A stretch of DNA of 64,000 nucleotides from contig JBKJLC010000056.1 in the NCBI GenBank assembly GCA_046597055.1, positions 1 through 64,000 of the forward strand, written 5' to 3'. This document shows positions 44,898 to 53,922 of this stretch, piece after piece. Position 1 is the first letter of the stretch. Each line of letters opens with the position of its first letter. Source of the DNA: Kofleriaceae bacterium (GTDB lineage Bacteria; Myxococcota_A; Polyangia; Haliangiales; Haliangiaceae). A model generated the notes under the pieces. The model did not search any database. It saw only the letters and a program-made list of their open reading frames with translations, and was not told the origin of the DNA. The position numbers were made by a program, and so were the translations under genes.

Positions 44898-45790
44898 CAG
44901 CTGTTGCGGCCGCCGGTGCGCAGCGCGAGCCACACCGCGGCGTCCGACGGCACCTCGGTGAACTCGATCTCGAGGCCGGCCGGGCCGGTGGCGTCGGCGC
45001 GCTGGCGCACCTTGCGGACGATGCCGTGCACGGTGAGCACCGGGTGGCCGTCGGGCAGAATGGTCAGCTCGCACGCGGTCGCCGGCGTGTCGAGCAACTC
45101 GCTCGGGATGAACATGCCCTTGATGCGGATGTCGGTGACGGTGACGTCGAGCGTCATCTCCTCGCTCGTGTAGATCACCGGCACCGCCTGGGCGACCGCG
45201 CCCGCCCGATCGCCGACCCCGAGGATGATCGGCAAGGTGATCCGCTCGGTGATCGAGCTCGGGTGGGACGGCCCCCACGAGTAGCCGCAGGCGGTGCAGA
45301 CATTCTCGCTGAAGGCGATCCGGGCCCGGCACCGCGGACAGGTGTGGCTCTCGACGGCGGCCGCGATCGGGGCGGTCGCGTGGCGGCTGCCGGCCAGCAT
45401 GCTCAGCGGGATCCGGGTCGGATCGTTGCCGGTGCGGGTGTCCTCGACCTCGCCGTCATCACCGTCGTCGTCGGGCACCTCGAGAATCGGCTCGTCGCTG
45501 GTGACCTCCTCGGCCTCGACCAGGACCAGGTAGGGCCCGAGCTGGACCCGATCGCCGCTGCGCAGGCTGAGCACGCCCTGCATGCGCTTGCCGTTGACCA
45601 GCGTGCCGGTGGTGGTCGACAGGTTCTCGGCGAGGAGGCGGGCGCCCGCCACCGTCAGCTTGAGGTGCTGGCGCGACACGGTCGCGGTGTTGAACCGGAT
45701 GCCACACCCGAGCGCGCGCCCGATGACGGTGACGCCCTCTCCCAGCGGGAGGCGATTATCCTGATAGACGAGGACGTGCTGGATGGGCAA
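44897..45790 (-). CDS. FHA domain + zinc ribbon + degenerate PilZ-like domain protein
   Basis: FHA IGR...VSRQH...GTLVNG; CPRC...CTAC; C-terminal beta domain TDIRIKGMFI...GLEIEF. Start uncertain (TTG at 45790 used). Confidence 0.75.
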   Translation of the reverse strand: MPIQHVLVYQDNRLPLGEGVTVIGRALGCGIRFNTATVSRQHLKLTVAGARLLAENLSTTTGTLVNGKRMQGVLSLRSGDRVQLGPYLVLVEAEEVTSDEPILEVPDDDGDDGEVEDTRTGNDPTRIPLSMLAGSRHATAPIAAAVESHTCPRCRARIAFSENVCTACGYSWGPSHPSSITERITLPIILGVGDRAGAVAQAVPVIYTSEEMTLDVTVTDIRIKGMFIPSELLDTPATACELTILPDGHPVLTVHGIVRKVRQRADATGPAGLEIEFTEVPSDAAVWLALRTGGRNS

Positions 45791-45856
45791 AAGCGAGGCT
45801 CCCGGCAGCCTGGGCGAGGTCCATGGTACCATCGAGCACACGCTCATCGGGGGCTC

Positions 45857-47389
45857 ATGGGGCGTGATGACGCAATCGCCGCGGACCACGTGTGGGGGCT
45901 CTTGCCCCTGCTCGACCAGCTACAGCTCGGGTTCGTCCTGATCACGCCCGACGGCGAGGTCGGCCACGTGAGCTACCAGGCCCGGCGGCTGCTGGGACGG
46001 CGGGCTTCGATGGACACGCTCAAGGCCGTGCTCGGCGAGGACTGGACCCAGCTGGTCGACGACGTCCTCGCCGGCCGCTCGAACGGCGCACGCTGGCGCG
46101 AGATCGAGGGCGAGAGCGAGTCGGGCGCCTTGCAGCTGTCGGTACGCTCGACCGCGCTCGAACACGGCGACGGTCGCACCGGGGTGCTGGTGTCGATGCT
46201 CGACGTCTCGATCGAGATCGGCCTGCACAACCGCTACAAGGGCGCGATGGCCAAGCTCGAGCAGGCCAACCTCGACCTGCGCCGGCGGATCGCGCACGTG
46301 CTGCGCGAGCACGAGGACGATCTGGCCCAGTTCGACGAGCTGCTGCAGATCGCGCCGGCGATCTTTGCCTCGTTCGTGGCCGAGGCCAGCACCGCGCTCG
46401 ACCAGGTCGCCCGGCTGGCGCGCGAGGGCGAGATCGGCGCTGACGACGTCGACGGCGGCCTGCGCGCGACCCACACGCTCAAGGGCAACTCGCGCGGCCT
46501 CGGCCTGCACTTCATCGCGGGGCGCGCCCACGCAGTCGAAGATCTGCTGGTCCATGCTCGCGACCGCGGCCGGCTCGCCGACGTGCAAGAGCTAACCGGC
46601 GCGATCGGCGACCTGCGCCGCGCGCTCGAGCGCGCCGCCGCGCTGCGCGGCCGGCTCACCGCGGTCGGCGCCGGGCGCACGCTCGAGACCGCGCGCGCCA
46701 CCGAGGCCGTGGTCGCCCGGCTCGAGAGCGTGCGGCCGTCCCTGTGGGGCGCCCATCCGGCCCGGGTCGCGATCGAGGACGCGCTGGCGGTGCTGGCCCC
46801 GCTGGCCCAGGTGCCGCTCGACGAGATCATCGAGTATCTGCGGGTGGTGGTGCGCATGGCCGCCGAGGAGGCCGGCAAGCCGGCCCCCGAGATCGACTCG
46901 ACGATCGGCACGATGACGGTGCCGCCGACCATCCACGCCGCGCTGGCCAAGGCGCTGCCGCACCTGGTCCGCAACGCGGTCGTCCATGGCTTCGAGGACG
47001 CGACCGAGCGGACCCAGCTCGGCAAGGCCGCGACCGGGCGCATCGCGATCAGCGCCGTCCACGACGGCGAGCGCCTGGTGATCGAGGTGCGCGACGACGG
47101 CAAGGGCATCGACCGCCAGCGCCTGCGCGAGCGCGCCGTGGCGGCCGGGCTGGTGGTCCCGGCCGCCACGGCCGCCGACCAGCCCGATCCGATCGACCAG
47201 CTCATCTTCCATCCTGGCCTGTCCACCGCCGCGACGGTCGGCAAGGATGCCGGCCGCGGCTACGGCACGGCGGCCGCGCGCGAGGCGATCGAGGCGCTCG
47301 GCGGCGCGCTGACGGTGCGGTCGTGGCCCGGCGAGGGCGTCGAGGTCCACATCGTCGTGCCGATCGGCCGCCGCCGCGCGACGACCTGA
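45857..47389 (+). CDS. CheA-like histidine kinase (PAS-like, coiled coil, Hpt, HATPase) without a CheW/P5 domain
   Basis: Hpt RATHTLKG; HLVRNAVVHG, DDGKG, IFHPGLST and GRGYG motifs; the protein ends right after the ATPase domain. Confidence 0.85.
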   Translation: MGRDDAIAADHVWGLLPLLDQLQLGFVLITPDGEVGHVSYQARRLLGRRASMDTLKAVLGEDWTQLVDDVLAGRSNGARWREIEGESESGALQLSVRSTALEHGDGRTGVLVSMLDVSIEIGLHNRYKGAMAKLEQANLDLRRRIAHVLREHEDDLAQFDELLQIAPAIFASFVAEASTALDQVARLAREGEIGADDVDGGLRATHTLKGNSRGLGLHFIAGRAHAVEDLLVHARDRGRLADVQELTGAIGDLRRALERAAALRGRLTAVGAGRTLETARATEAVVARLESVRPSLWGAHPARVAIEDALAVLAPLAQVPLDEIIEYLRVVVRMAAEEAGKPAPEIDSTIGTMTVPPTIHAALAKALPHLVRNAVVHGFEDATERTQLGKAATGRIAISAVHDGERLVIEVRDDGKGIDRQRLRERAVAAGLVVPAATAADQPDPIDQLIFHPGLSTAATVGKDAGRGYGTAAAREAIEALGGALTVRSWPGEGVEVHIVVPIGRRRATT

Positions 47390-47541
47390 CCCCGGCGGGG
47401 CCGGGCTCACCGTCGGCGAGGCCGAGGTCCCGGCGCTTGCTCGATCCGGGGTCCCCGGGCGCGACGCACGCCGGTGCCATTGCCCCAACCCACCGACGCA
47501 TGCGCCACCCGGCCGGGGAATTTACGAGCGCGCCTGGGACC

Positions 47542-47600
47542 TCGTCCCCGCCTCGGCTCGCCCTCCGTGCTGAGCTCGAACACCCGACCCGTGTGATCGA
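47542..47600 (-). repeat. Dispersed intergenic repeat family B, copy 2
   Basis: Reverse complement TCGATCACACGGGTCGGGTGTTCGAGCTCAGCACGGAGGGCGAGCCGAGGCGGGGACGA matches 1696-1752. Confidence 0.75.
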
Positions 47601-47643
47601 AAGCGCCGCCTATTTTCCGGTGGTCCTGAGCCCCGGTGGGTGG

Positions 47644-48027
47644 TCAGGCGGCCGGCAGCTCGTTGAGCACGCGCTGCACGGTCGCGGCCAGATCGGGGCC
47701 GCGGACCGGCTTGGTCACGTATGCGACCACGCCGAGCTGGGTGGCTCGGGCGACGTCGCCCTTGCCGCTCTCGGTGCTGATCACGATCACCCGGGGTCGG
47801 TCGGGCAGATCGGCGATCGCCTCGAGGAACGCGAAGCCGTTCATCACCGGCATGTTGAGATCGAGCAGGACGATGTCGAACCGCTCGGCGGCGAGCTTCT
47901 CGAGCGCCTGCGCGCCGTGCTCGGCCTCGACGAAGGTCATGCCGGGGATGCGGCGCAGCGTCAACGTGATGAGCTGGCGCATGGTCGGCGAGTCCTCGAC
48001 CACCAGCGCGCGACGGACAGGGCTCAT
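47644..48027 (-). CDS. CheY-like single-domain response regulator
   Basis: VVEDS, LLDLNMPVMNG, IST and TKP motifs; ATGA-coupled to the GAF gene. Confidence 0.92.
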   Translation of the reverse strand: MSPVRRALVVEDSPTMRQLITLTLRRIPGMTFVEAEHGAQALEKLAAERFDIVLLDLNMPVMNGFAFLEAIADLPDRPRVIVISTESGKGDVARATQLGVVAYVTKPVRGPDLAATVQRVLNELPAA

Positions 48028-48797
48028 GGGCGGGTCTCCTCGACAGCAGCGAGCTGGGTGCGCACCGCCTCCCACGCGGAGGTTCCGGTCTGGCCATGGT
48101 GCATGGCGGCAGCCAGAAGACCGAGCGGCAGGCGATCGATGACGAACTGGATGAGCTCGGCCTCGAGCCGACCGAGCGTCTCGCCGACCTGGGGCACCAG
48201 GGTGGCGATGTGGAGCACGCCGATGGTCCGGCCGTCGAGCACGAGCGGCATCGCGACCGGGACCCCGCCGTCGGGGCGGCCGGGGGCGCGCACGACCACG
48301 CCGGTCGCGAACGCGCGCTCGACCAGCTCGCGGCCGGGCGCCGGGTCGGCGCGCCACCGCGGATCGGCGGGCGCGCACAGCAGGTCGTGGCCATCCCAGC
48401 GCAGCCACAGCCCGTAGGTGTGCGCGCCGACCAGGTTGTGGAGCACCTCGACCGCGATGTCGATGGCCTCGCTCGGCGTCCGCGCCCGCGCCATGCGATC
48501 GGACGTGACGAACATGTGCGCCAGCGAGTTCTGCTCCTCGAGCAGATCCTCGAGCTCGGCCGGCGGCACGCCGGTGCTACCGGTCGCCAGCCGCTCGCGC
48601 AGCGTGGAGGTCTCCTGCTCGAGGAAGGCGATCCGCTGGCGCGCGCTAGTCAGCTCGGCGTCGAGCGATCGGATGTGCTCGGCCTGGCGCCCGGTCTCGC
48701 CCATGAGCCCCTGCACGACCTCGACGGATCGGCGCAAGGTGGCGAGGAACGCCTCGACCTGCGGGTCGGGTAGCTGCGGTTCGTCGTCGCTTGGCAT
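48024..48797 (-). CDS. Coiled-coil + GAF domain protein
   Basis: Long N-terminal heptad region, EEQNSLAHMFVTS, and GAF-like VAMPLVLDGRTIGVLHI. Confidence 0.75.
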   Translation of the reverse strand: MPSDDEPQLPDPQVEAFLATLRRSVEVVQGLMGETGRQAEHIRSLDAELTSARQRIAFLEQETSTLRERLATGSTGVPPAELEDLLEEQNSLAHMFVTSDRMARARTPSEAIDIAVEVLHNLVGAHTYGLWLRWDGHDLLCAPADPRWRADPAPGRELVERAFATGVVVRAPGRPDGGVPVAMPLVLDGRTIGVLHIATLVPQVGETLGRLEAELIQFVIDRLPLGLLAAAMHHGQTGTSAWEAVRTQLAAVEETRP

Positions 48798-48822
48798 GGC
48801 CCCCTGGGTGTAATCGTACCCC

Positions 48823-49365
48823 ATGTGGACCCCCGAAGTTTACCAGCGAGCGCTCCACCTCGCGGCCGAGCGCCACGCCGGCCAGGTGCTGACCGGGACC
48901 GCCCTGCCCTACCTGGTGCACGTTACCTCGGTCGCGGCCGAGGTCATGCGAGCGATCGCCGTCGAGCCGGTCGACGCGCCTGACCTCGCGGTCGCCTGCG
49001 CGCTCCTCCACGACGTCGTCGAGGACACCCCCACGACGCTCGACGAGCTGGCCGCCCGCTTCGGCCCGGAGGTCGCTCGCGGGGTCGCCGCGCTCAGCAA
49101 GAACCCGAGCTTGCCCAAGGACGACCAGCTCGACGACAGCCTGACGCGGCTGGTCGCGTGCCCGCGCGAGATCGGGCTGGTCAAGCTGGCCGATCGCATC
49201 GTCAACCTGCAGCCGCCGCCGGCTCACTGGGACGGCGCCAAGCGGCGCCGCTACCAGATCGAGGCCCGCCGCATCCACGCCGCGCTGGCACCCACCCACT
49301 CGTTGCTCGCCGACCGACTCGCCTCGATGATCGAGACGTACACCGCTCACCTCGACCCGCGGTGA
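48823..49365 (+). CDS. HD-domain small alarmone hydrolase (Mesh1/SpoT hydrolase-like)
   Basis: AAERHAGQ, PYLVH, LLHDVVEDT and VKLADRIVNL motifs. Confidence 0.85.
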   Translation: MWTPEVYQRALHLAAERHAGQVLTGTALPYLVHVTSVAAEVMRAIAVEPVDAPDLAVACALLHDVVEDTPTTLDELAARFGPEVARGVAALSKNPSLPKDDQLDDSLTRLVACPREIGLVKLADRIVNLQPPPAHWDGAKRRRYQIEARRIHAALAPTHSLLADRLASMIETYTAHLDPR

Positions 49366-49420
49366 TCAGCCGGACGATTACACGCCCGACCCGCCCGGCT
49401 GATGACGCGGAGGTGCGCCT

Positions 49421-49963
49421 TCAGCGCGCGGTGAGCGTCTCGCGCCCGCGCCAGGCCAGCCAGCCCAGCGAACCCAGCACGAGCGCCCAGCCGGCGATCC
49501 GGAACCCCCGCGCCACCGTGTGGTCCTGATCGAGCGCCGACCACCGCGACAGGATGTTGGTCCAGTCGTGATCGCCGCCGCCGACCAGCGGCAGCTCCTG
49601 CACCCGGGCGTCGGCGGCGTAGCGCGCGATGTTGAACAGGTTCTGACCGATCCAGGCCAGCGCGACGGTGAAGCCGACCGGATCGCGTCGCCAGAAGAAC
49701 GTGCCGGCGGCGACCGCGGGGAACGTCAGCTGGCCGAGCGTGCCGCCGTACAGCCCGGCCGCCTCGCCGAACACCCGGTAAAACATGTGCCCGGCCTCGT
49801 GGAACGCGAGGTTGGCGTCGTCGAGCGGCCGCAGGTAGTCGTCGCTGTCGACGGCGATCCACAGGGCGAAGAGCGCGATCGCGACCACCCCGCCGATCAC
49901 CGCGCCGCGCCCGGGCCACTGCCAGCGATCGTCGTCGTGGTCGTCGGACGGCACCCGCGGCAT
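49421..49963 (-). CDS. Membrane zinc metalloprotease-like protein (M50B-like)
   Basis: FHEAGH in a hydrophobic context; GGTLGQL; HDW. Confidence 0.75.
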   Translation of the reverse strand: MPRVPSDDHDDDRWQWPGRGAVIGGVVAIALFALWIAVDSDDYLRPLDDANLAFHEAGHMFYRVFGEAAGLYGGTLGQLTFPAVAAGTFFWRRDPVGFTVALAWIGQNLFNIARYAADARVQELPLVGGGDHDWTNILSRWSALDQDHTVARGFRIAGWALVLGSLGWLAWRGRETLTAR

Positions 49964-50043
49964 CGGTCCAGTCTACGCCGGCGCGCCAGCGGGCGGCGGT
50001 CCGCGGCGGCAGCGGGGGCCCCAGGTGCTAGCCTGCCCCCATC

Positions 50044-50265
50044 ATGATGCGTCGCGTGGCTGTCATTGTCCTCCTGTCCTCGGCCACCGGGCTCACCGGG
50101 CTGACCGGCTGCGGGAAGCGCACGGGCAAGCCGACCGGCAGTCCCGGCGATCCCGTCACCGTGTGCGAGCGCCTGGCCGACGTGTGCCGGCTCGACGGCA
50201 ACCGCCTCGGCGTGTGCGCCGCCGCCAAGTCCGGGTCGGGCTTCACCTGCGCGGCGCAACACTGA
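50044..50265 (+). CDS. Small Cys-rich lipoprotein
   Basis: Lipobox LTG-C plus four further Cys; TGATG overlap with dbpA. Confidence 0.6.
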   Translation: MMRRVAVIVLLSSATGLTGLTGCGKRTGKPTGSPGDPVTVCERLADVCRLDGNRLGVCAAAKSGSGFTCAAQH

Positions 50266-51683
50266 TGTCCGAGCAGGCCTTCTCCACCCTGCCGCTGGGC
50301 CAGGCGTGGCTCGACAACCTGGCGCAGCTCGACTACCGCCAGATGACGCCGATCCAGGCGCGCACGCTGCCGCTGATGCTCGACGGCAAGGACGTGCTCG
50401 GGCAGGCTGGCACCGGCACCGGCAAGACCGCGGCATTCGGCCTCGCGTTGCTCGCGCGGATCACGCCCGGCGGCGAGCACCCGGGCGCGCTGGTGCTGTG
50501 CCCGACCCGCGAGCTCGCCGCCCAGGTCGCCGAGGAGATCCGCCGGCTGGCGCGCCCGCTGGCGCACACCAAGGTGCTCACGCTGTGTGGCGGCACGTCG
50601 ATCTCGCGCGAGCGGACCTCGCTCTCGCACGGGGTCGACGTCATCGTCGGGACCCCCGGCCGCGTGCTCGATCACCTCACCCGCGAGCGGCTGTCGCTCG
50701 CCGCGGTCACCACGCTGGTGCTCGACGAGGCCGACCGCATGCTCGAGATGGGCTTCATCGACGCGGTGACCACGATCGCCCGCGCCACACCGGCGACCCG
50801 GCAGACGCTGCTGTTCTCGGCGACCTTCCCCGCCACCGTGCGCGCGCTCAGCGACAGCTTCCAGCGCGAGGCGGTGCAGGTCGAGGTCGCATCCGATGGC
50901 AGCGCGCTCCCGGTCGAGCAGATCATCTACGACGTCGGCGCGCTCGACCGACCCGCCGCGCTGGCCCGCATCCTCGGCCACCACCGGCCCGACTCGGCGG
51001 TGATCTTCTGCAACCAGCGCGAGACCTGCGACGTGGTCGCCGAGGCGCTCACCGCCGCCGGCCACCCCGCGGTCGCGCTCCACGGCGGCATGGCCCAGCA
51101 CGATCGCGACACCGTGCTCCTGCTGCTCCGCAACGGCACGCTGCGCCTGCTGGTCGCCACCGACGTCGCCGCCCGCGGCCTCGACATCGACGACCTGGCC
51201 GCGGTGGTGAACTACGAGCTGCCGCGCGACGCCGCCGGGTACGTGCACCGGGTCGGGCGCACCGCCCGCGCCGGTCGCAGCGGCGTGGCGATCACGCTGG
51301 CCGGCCCCGGCGATCGGCGCACGATCGAGGAGCTGCGGGCCGGGCCGCTGGCGAAGGTCGGGTCGACCCCGGTGGCGCAGCTCGGCAACACCCGCGGTCG
51401 CTCGGCGCCGCCGGCGATGATCACGATCGCGATCCAGGGCGGGCGCCGCGACAAGCTGCGTCCCGGCGACATCGTCGGCGCGCTGACCACCGAGGTCGGG
51501 ATCGCCGGCACCGACATCGGCCAGATCCAGGTCCTCGATCGCATCACGTTCGTCGCGCTCACCGCGGCGGTCGGCGCCCGCGCGATCGCCGGCCTCAACC
51601 GCGGCCACATCAAGAAGCGCCGGTTCCGGACCTACCAGGTCCAGCTGCCGACCGCCGATCGCGCCCCGGCTCGCACGCCCTGA
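50265..51683 (+). CDS. dbpA: ATP-dependent RNA helicase DbpA
   Basis: GTGKT, PTRELA, DEAD, SAT and HRVGRT motifs; C-terminal GGRRDKLRPGDIVGAL RNA-binding domain. Confidence 0.93.
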   Translation: MSEQAFSTLPLGQAWLDNLAQLDYRQMTPIQARTLPLMLDGKDVLGQAGTGTGKTAAFGLALLARITPGGEHPGALVLCPTRELAAQVAEEIRRLARPLAHTKVLTLCGGTSISRERTSLSHGVDVIVGTPGRVLDHLTRERLSLAAVTTLVLDEADRMLEMGFIDAVTTIARATPATRQTLLFSATFPATVRALSDSFQREAVQVEVASDGSALPVEQIIYDVGALDRPAALARILGHHRPDSAVIFCNQRETCDVVAEALTAAGHPAVALHGGMAQHDRDTVLLLLRNGTLRLLVATDVAARGLDIDDLAAVVNYELPRDAAGYVHRVGRTARAGRSGVAITLAGPGDRRTIEELRAGPLAKVGSTPVAQLGNTRGRSAPPAMITIAIQGGRRDKLRPGDIVGALTTEVGIAGTDIGQIQVLDRITFVALTAAVGARAIAGLNRGHIKKRRFRTYQVQLPTADRAPARTP

Positions 51684-51695
51684 GGCAGCGCCCGC

Positions 51696-52172
51696 TCAGC
51701 GCGGCCGGCGGATCCGCTTGCGGACGATCGCGTCGTACGCGCGCTTGATGGCCATGAACGCGTCGGGGCTGCCGCCGCGATCGGGGTGGTGCTCGAGCAC
51801 CTTCACCCGGAAGGCCGCCTTGACGGTCGCGTCGGGATCGGCCGCGCGCACCCCGAGCACCGCGTAGGGATCGATCGGCGCCGGCGCCACCGCGCCGGTC
51901 GCGGGACGGCGCTGCGACCGCTCGGGAAACGGCGGCAGCCCGGCCTGCACGCGGCGCCAGGCCCCGGCCCACCGGGCTTCCACCCGTTCGAGCCGACGCC
52001 CGGCCGCGCGCTCGGCCATCACCTGCGCCTCGTCCTCGCTGGTGGCGCCCCCGCCCCACAGGTCGGGCGGCCGGAACGGCTCGGCGGTGGGCGAGCCGGT
52101 CCACCACGCGCACCACAGGTAGCGACGCCGACGCGTCGGCACCACGGCGTAGACCGCGCGGACCAGCGTCAC
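51696..52172 (-). CDS. C-terminal J-domain protein
   Basis: DPYAVLGV...HHPDRGG...IKRAY; Trp-rich N-terminal domain. Confidence 0.85.
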   Translation of the reverse strand: MTLVRAVYAVVPTRRRRYLWCAWWTGSPTAEPFRPPDLWGGGATSEDEAQVMAERAAGRRLERVEARWAGAWRRVQAGLPPFPERSQRRPATGAVAPAPIDPYAVLGVRAADPDATVKAAFRVKVLEHHPDRGGSPDAFMAIKRAYDAIVRKRIRRPR

Positions 52173-52468
52173 GGAGGGCCCGCGATCGAGCCGCGGATCG
52201 GCGCGGTGCGTCGAGACGGTGCGGGGCGAACTGTCGTGCGAGGAGCCATCATCTACAACTGCTTGCGTGGCTGGCAGGCGAGCTGGTCCGACCCTACCCC
52301 GGCCGTGCGTGCCCGAGCGGTGTCACATCCGAGGAACCGAGCTCGGTGCATGCACATACATCGTCCCCTCGCGTAGAGGTACCGCCGTCTCGGCCCGGCT
52401 CAGCGTGCGTTAGCCCGAACCGCGACCGCTGGCGCGAGGGCGCGCGCACCGCGTGCTACCCAGAAAGC

Positions 52469-53917
52469 GTGCGGATCTGGATGTTCGGTGTTCTCGGCCT
52501 GATCGCGTGCGGCAGCGCGGACTCGCCGTCCCAGATGCTCGATGCCGGCGACCCGAACGACCCGTCGGTCGATGCGGCGGCCGACGCCAACGTCGGGCCA
52601 CTCGGCGACATCCTCGACGAGCTGCGCGGCATTCCCGGGCTGACCGTCGAAGAGCGGGAGAGCATCACCGACGGGTACCGCTTCTTCGTCATGACGTACG
52701 ACCAGCCGGTCGACCACGCCCTGCCGGCGGGCCAGCGCTTTCCGCAGCGGTTGACGCTGCTGCATCGCGACTACGCCGCGCCGGTGGTCACCTACAACAG
52801 CGGTTACAACCTGTCGACGCGCGGCTCGCGCTCGCAAGTCACGGTGTTGACGGAGGGCAACCAGCTCTCGATGGAGCACCGTTACTTCTCACCGTCGCGC
52901 CCGGCGCCGCCGGACTGGACCAAGCTGACGATCGAGCAGGCCGCCAGCGATCAGCACCGGATCACGCAGGCGCTCAAGGCGCGGATCTATCGCGGCAAGT
53001 GGCTCACGACCGGCGCGAGCAAGGGCGGCATGACGTCGCTGTTCCATCGCCGCTTCTTCCCCGACGACGTCGATGGCACGGTCGCCTACGTCGCGCCGAT
53101 CGACTACCCCGAGGACGCGGTGGCGTCGGCGAGCAACCGGTACTTCTCGTTCCTCGAGAACGTCGGCACCGACCCGGCGTGTCGCCAGAAGCTGAAGGAC
53201 TTCCAGAACCTGGTGCTCGCGCGCCGCGAGACGATGAAGACGCGCATGCGCGCCGAGGCCGCGTTCGGGGCGATCCTGGGCGAGGACCGCGCGCTCGAGT
53301 TCGCGGTCGTCGAGCTGCCCTTCATCTTCTGGCAGTACGGCCGCCAGTCGCAGTGCGCGCGGATCCCGGGCGCGGGCGCGACCGACGACGCCGTGTTCCA
53401 GTTCCTCGACGCCACCTCCGGGGTGGCGTCGTACGGCGACGAGGATCTCACCGCGTTCTTGCCCTACTACCACCAGAGCGCGACCCAGCTCGGCTATCCG
53501 GCCGGCGACGAGAGCTACCTGGTCGGGCTCCTGCATCCCGGCCAGGACACCGCCCGCGCGTACGTTCCCGCGGACATCCCGACGCCGCCCTACGACGAGG
53601 GGGCCGCGATGCGCGACGTGCAGACCTGGCTCGCCGCGGGCGGCGAGCAGATCTTGCTCATCTACGGCCAGAACGATCCGTGGACCGCCGGCGCGGTCGA
53701 CCTCGGCGACGCCCAGGACTCGTTCAAGTTCATCGCCCCCGGCGGCAACCATGGCGCGTCGATCACGACCCTGACCAGCGCCGACGCCAGCGTCGCGCGG
53801 GCAGCGGTCCTGCGCTGGGCCGGGGTGCCCGCCCTCACCGATTCCGCCCGCCGACGACTCGCGACCGGTGAGCGCACGGCCGAGCAGGAAGAGCTCGAGC
53901 TGCGCCGCCGGCGCTGA
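52469..53917 (+). CDS. Serine aminopeptidase lipoprotein (S28/S37 PS-10-like)
   Basis: Lipobox LIA-C; QPVDH, EHRYF, GASKGG nucleophile, NDPW and GNH motifs. Confidence 0.88.
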   Translation: MRIWMFGVLGLIACGSADSPSQMLDAGDPNDPSVDAAADANVGPLGDILDELRGIPGLTVEERESITDGYRFFVMTYDQPVDHALPAGQRFPQRLTLLHRDYAAPVVTYNSGYNLSTRGSRSQVTVLTEGNQLSMEHRYFSPSRPAPPDWTKLTIEQAASDQHRITQALKARIYRGKWLTTGASKGGMTSLFHRRFFPDDVDGTVAYVAPIDYPEDAVASASNRYFSFLENVGTDPACRQKLKDFQNLVLARRETMKTRMRAEAAFGAILGEDRALEFAVVELPFIFWQYGRQSQCARIPGAGATDDAVFQFLDATSGVASYGDEDLTAFLPYYHQSATQLGYPAGDESYLVGLLHPGQDTARAYVPADIPTPPYDEGAAMRDVQTWLAAGGEQILLIYGQNDPWTAGAVDLGDAQDSFKFIAPGGNHGASITTLTSADASVARAAVLRWAGVPALTDSARRRLATGERTAEQEELELRRRR

Positions 53918-53922
53918 CCGGC

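Noticed and set aside
45026..45856. N-terminal extension of the CheA-like ORF
   Set aside because: It overlaps the FHA gene in antisense; a plausible start is ATG 45857.
52173..52468. Long intergenic regions (also 17119-17310 and 30387-30607) as possible ncRNA or riboswitch
   Set aside because: No recognisable tRNA, riboswitch or sigma54 consensus by eye; an Rfam search would be needed to exclude them fully.
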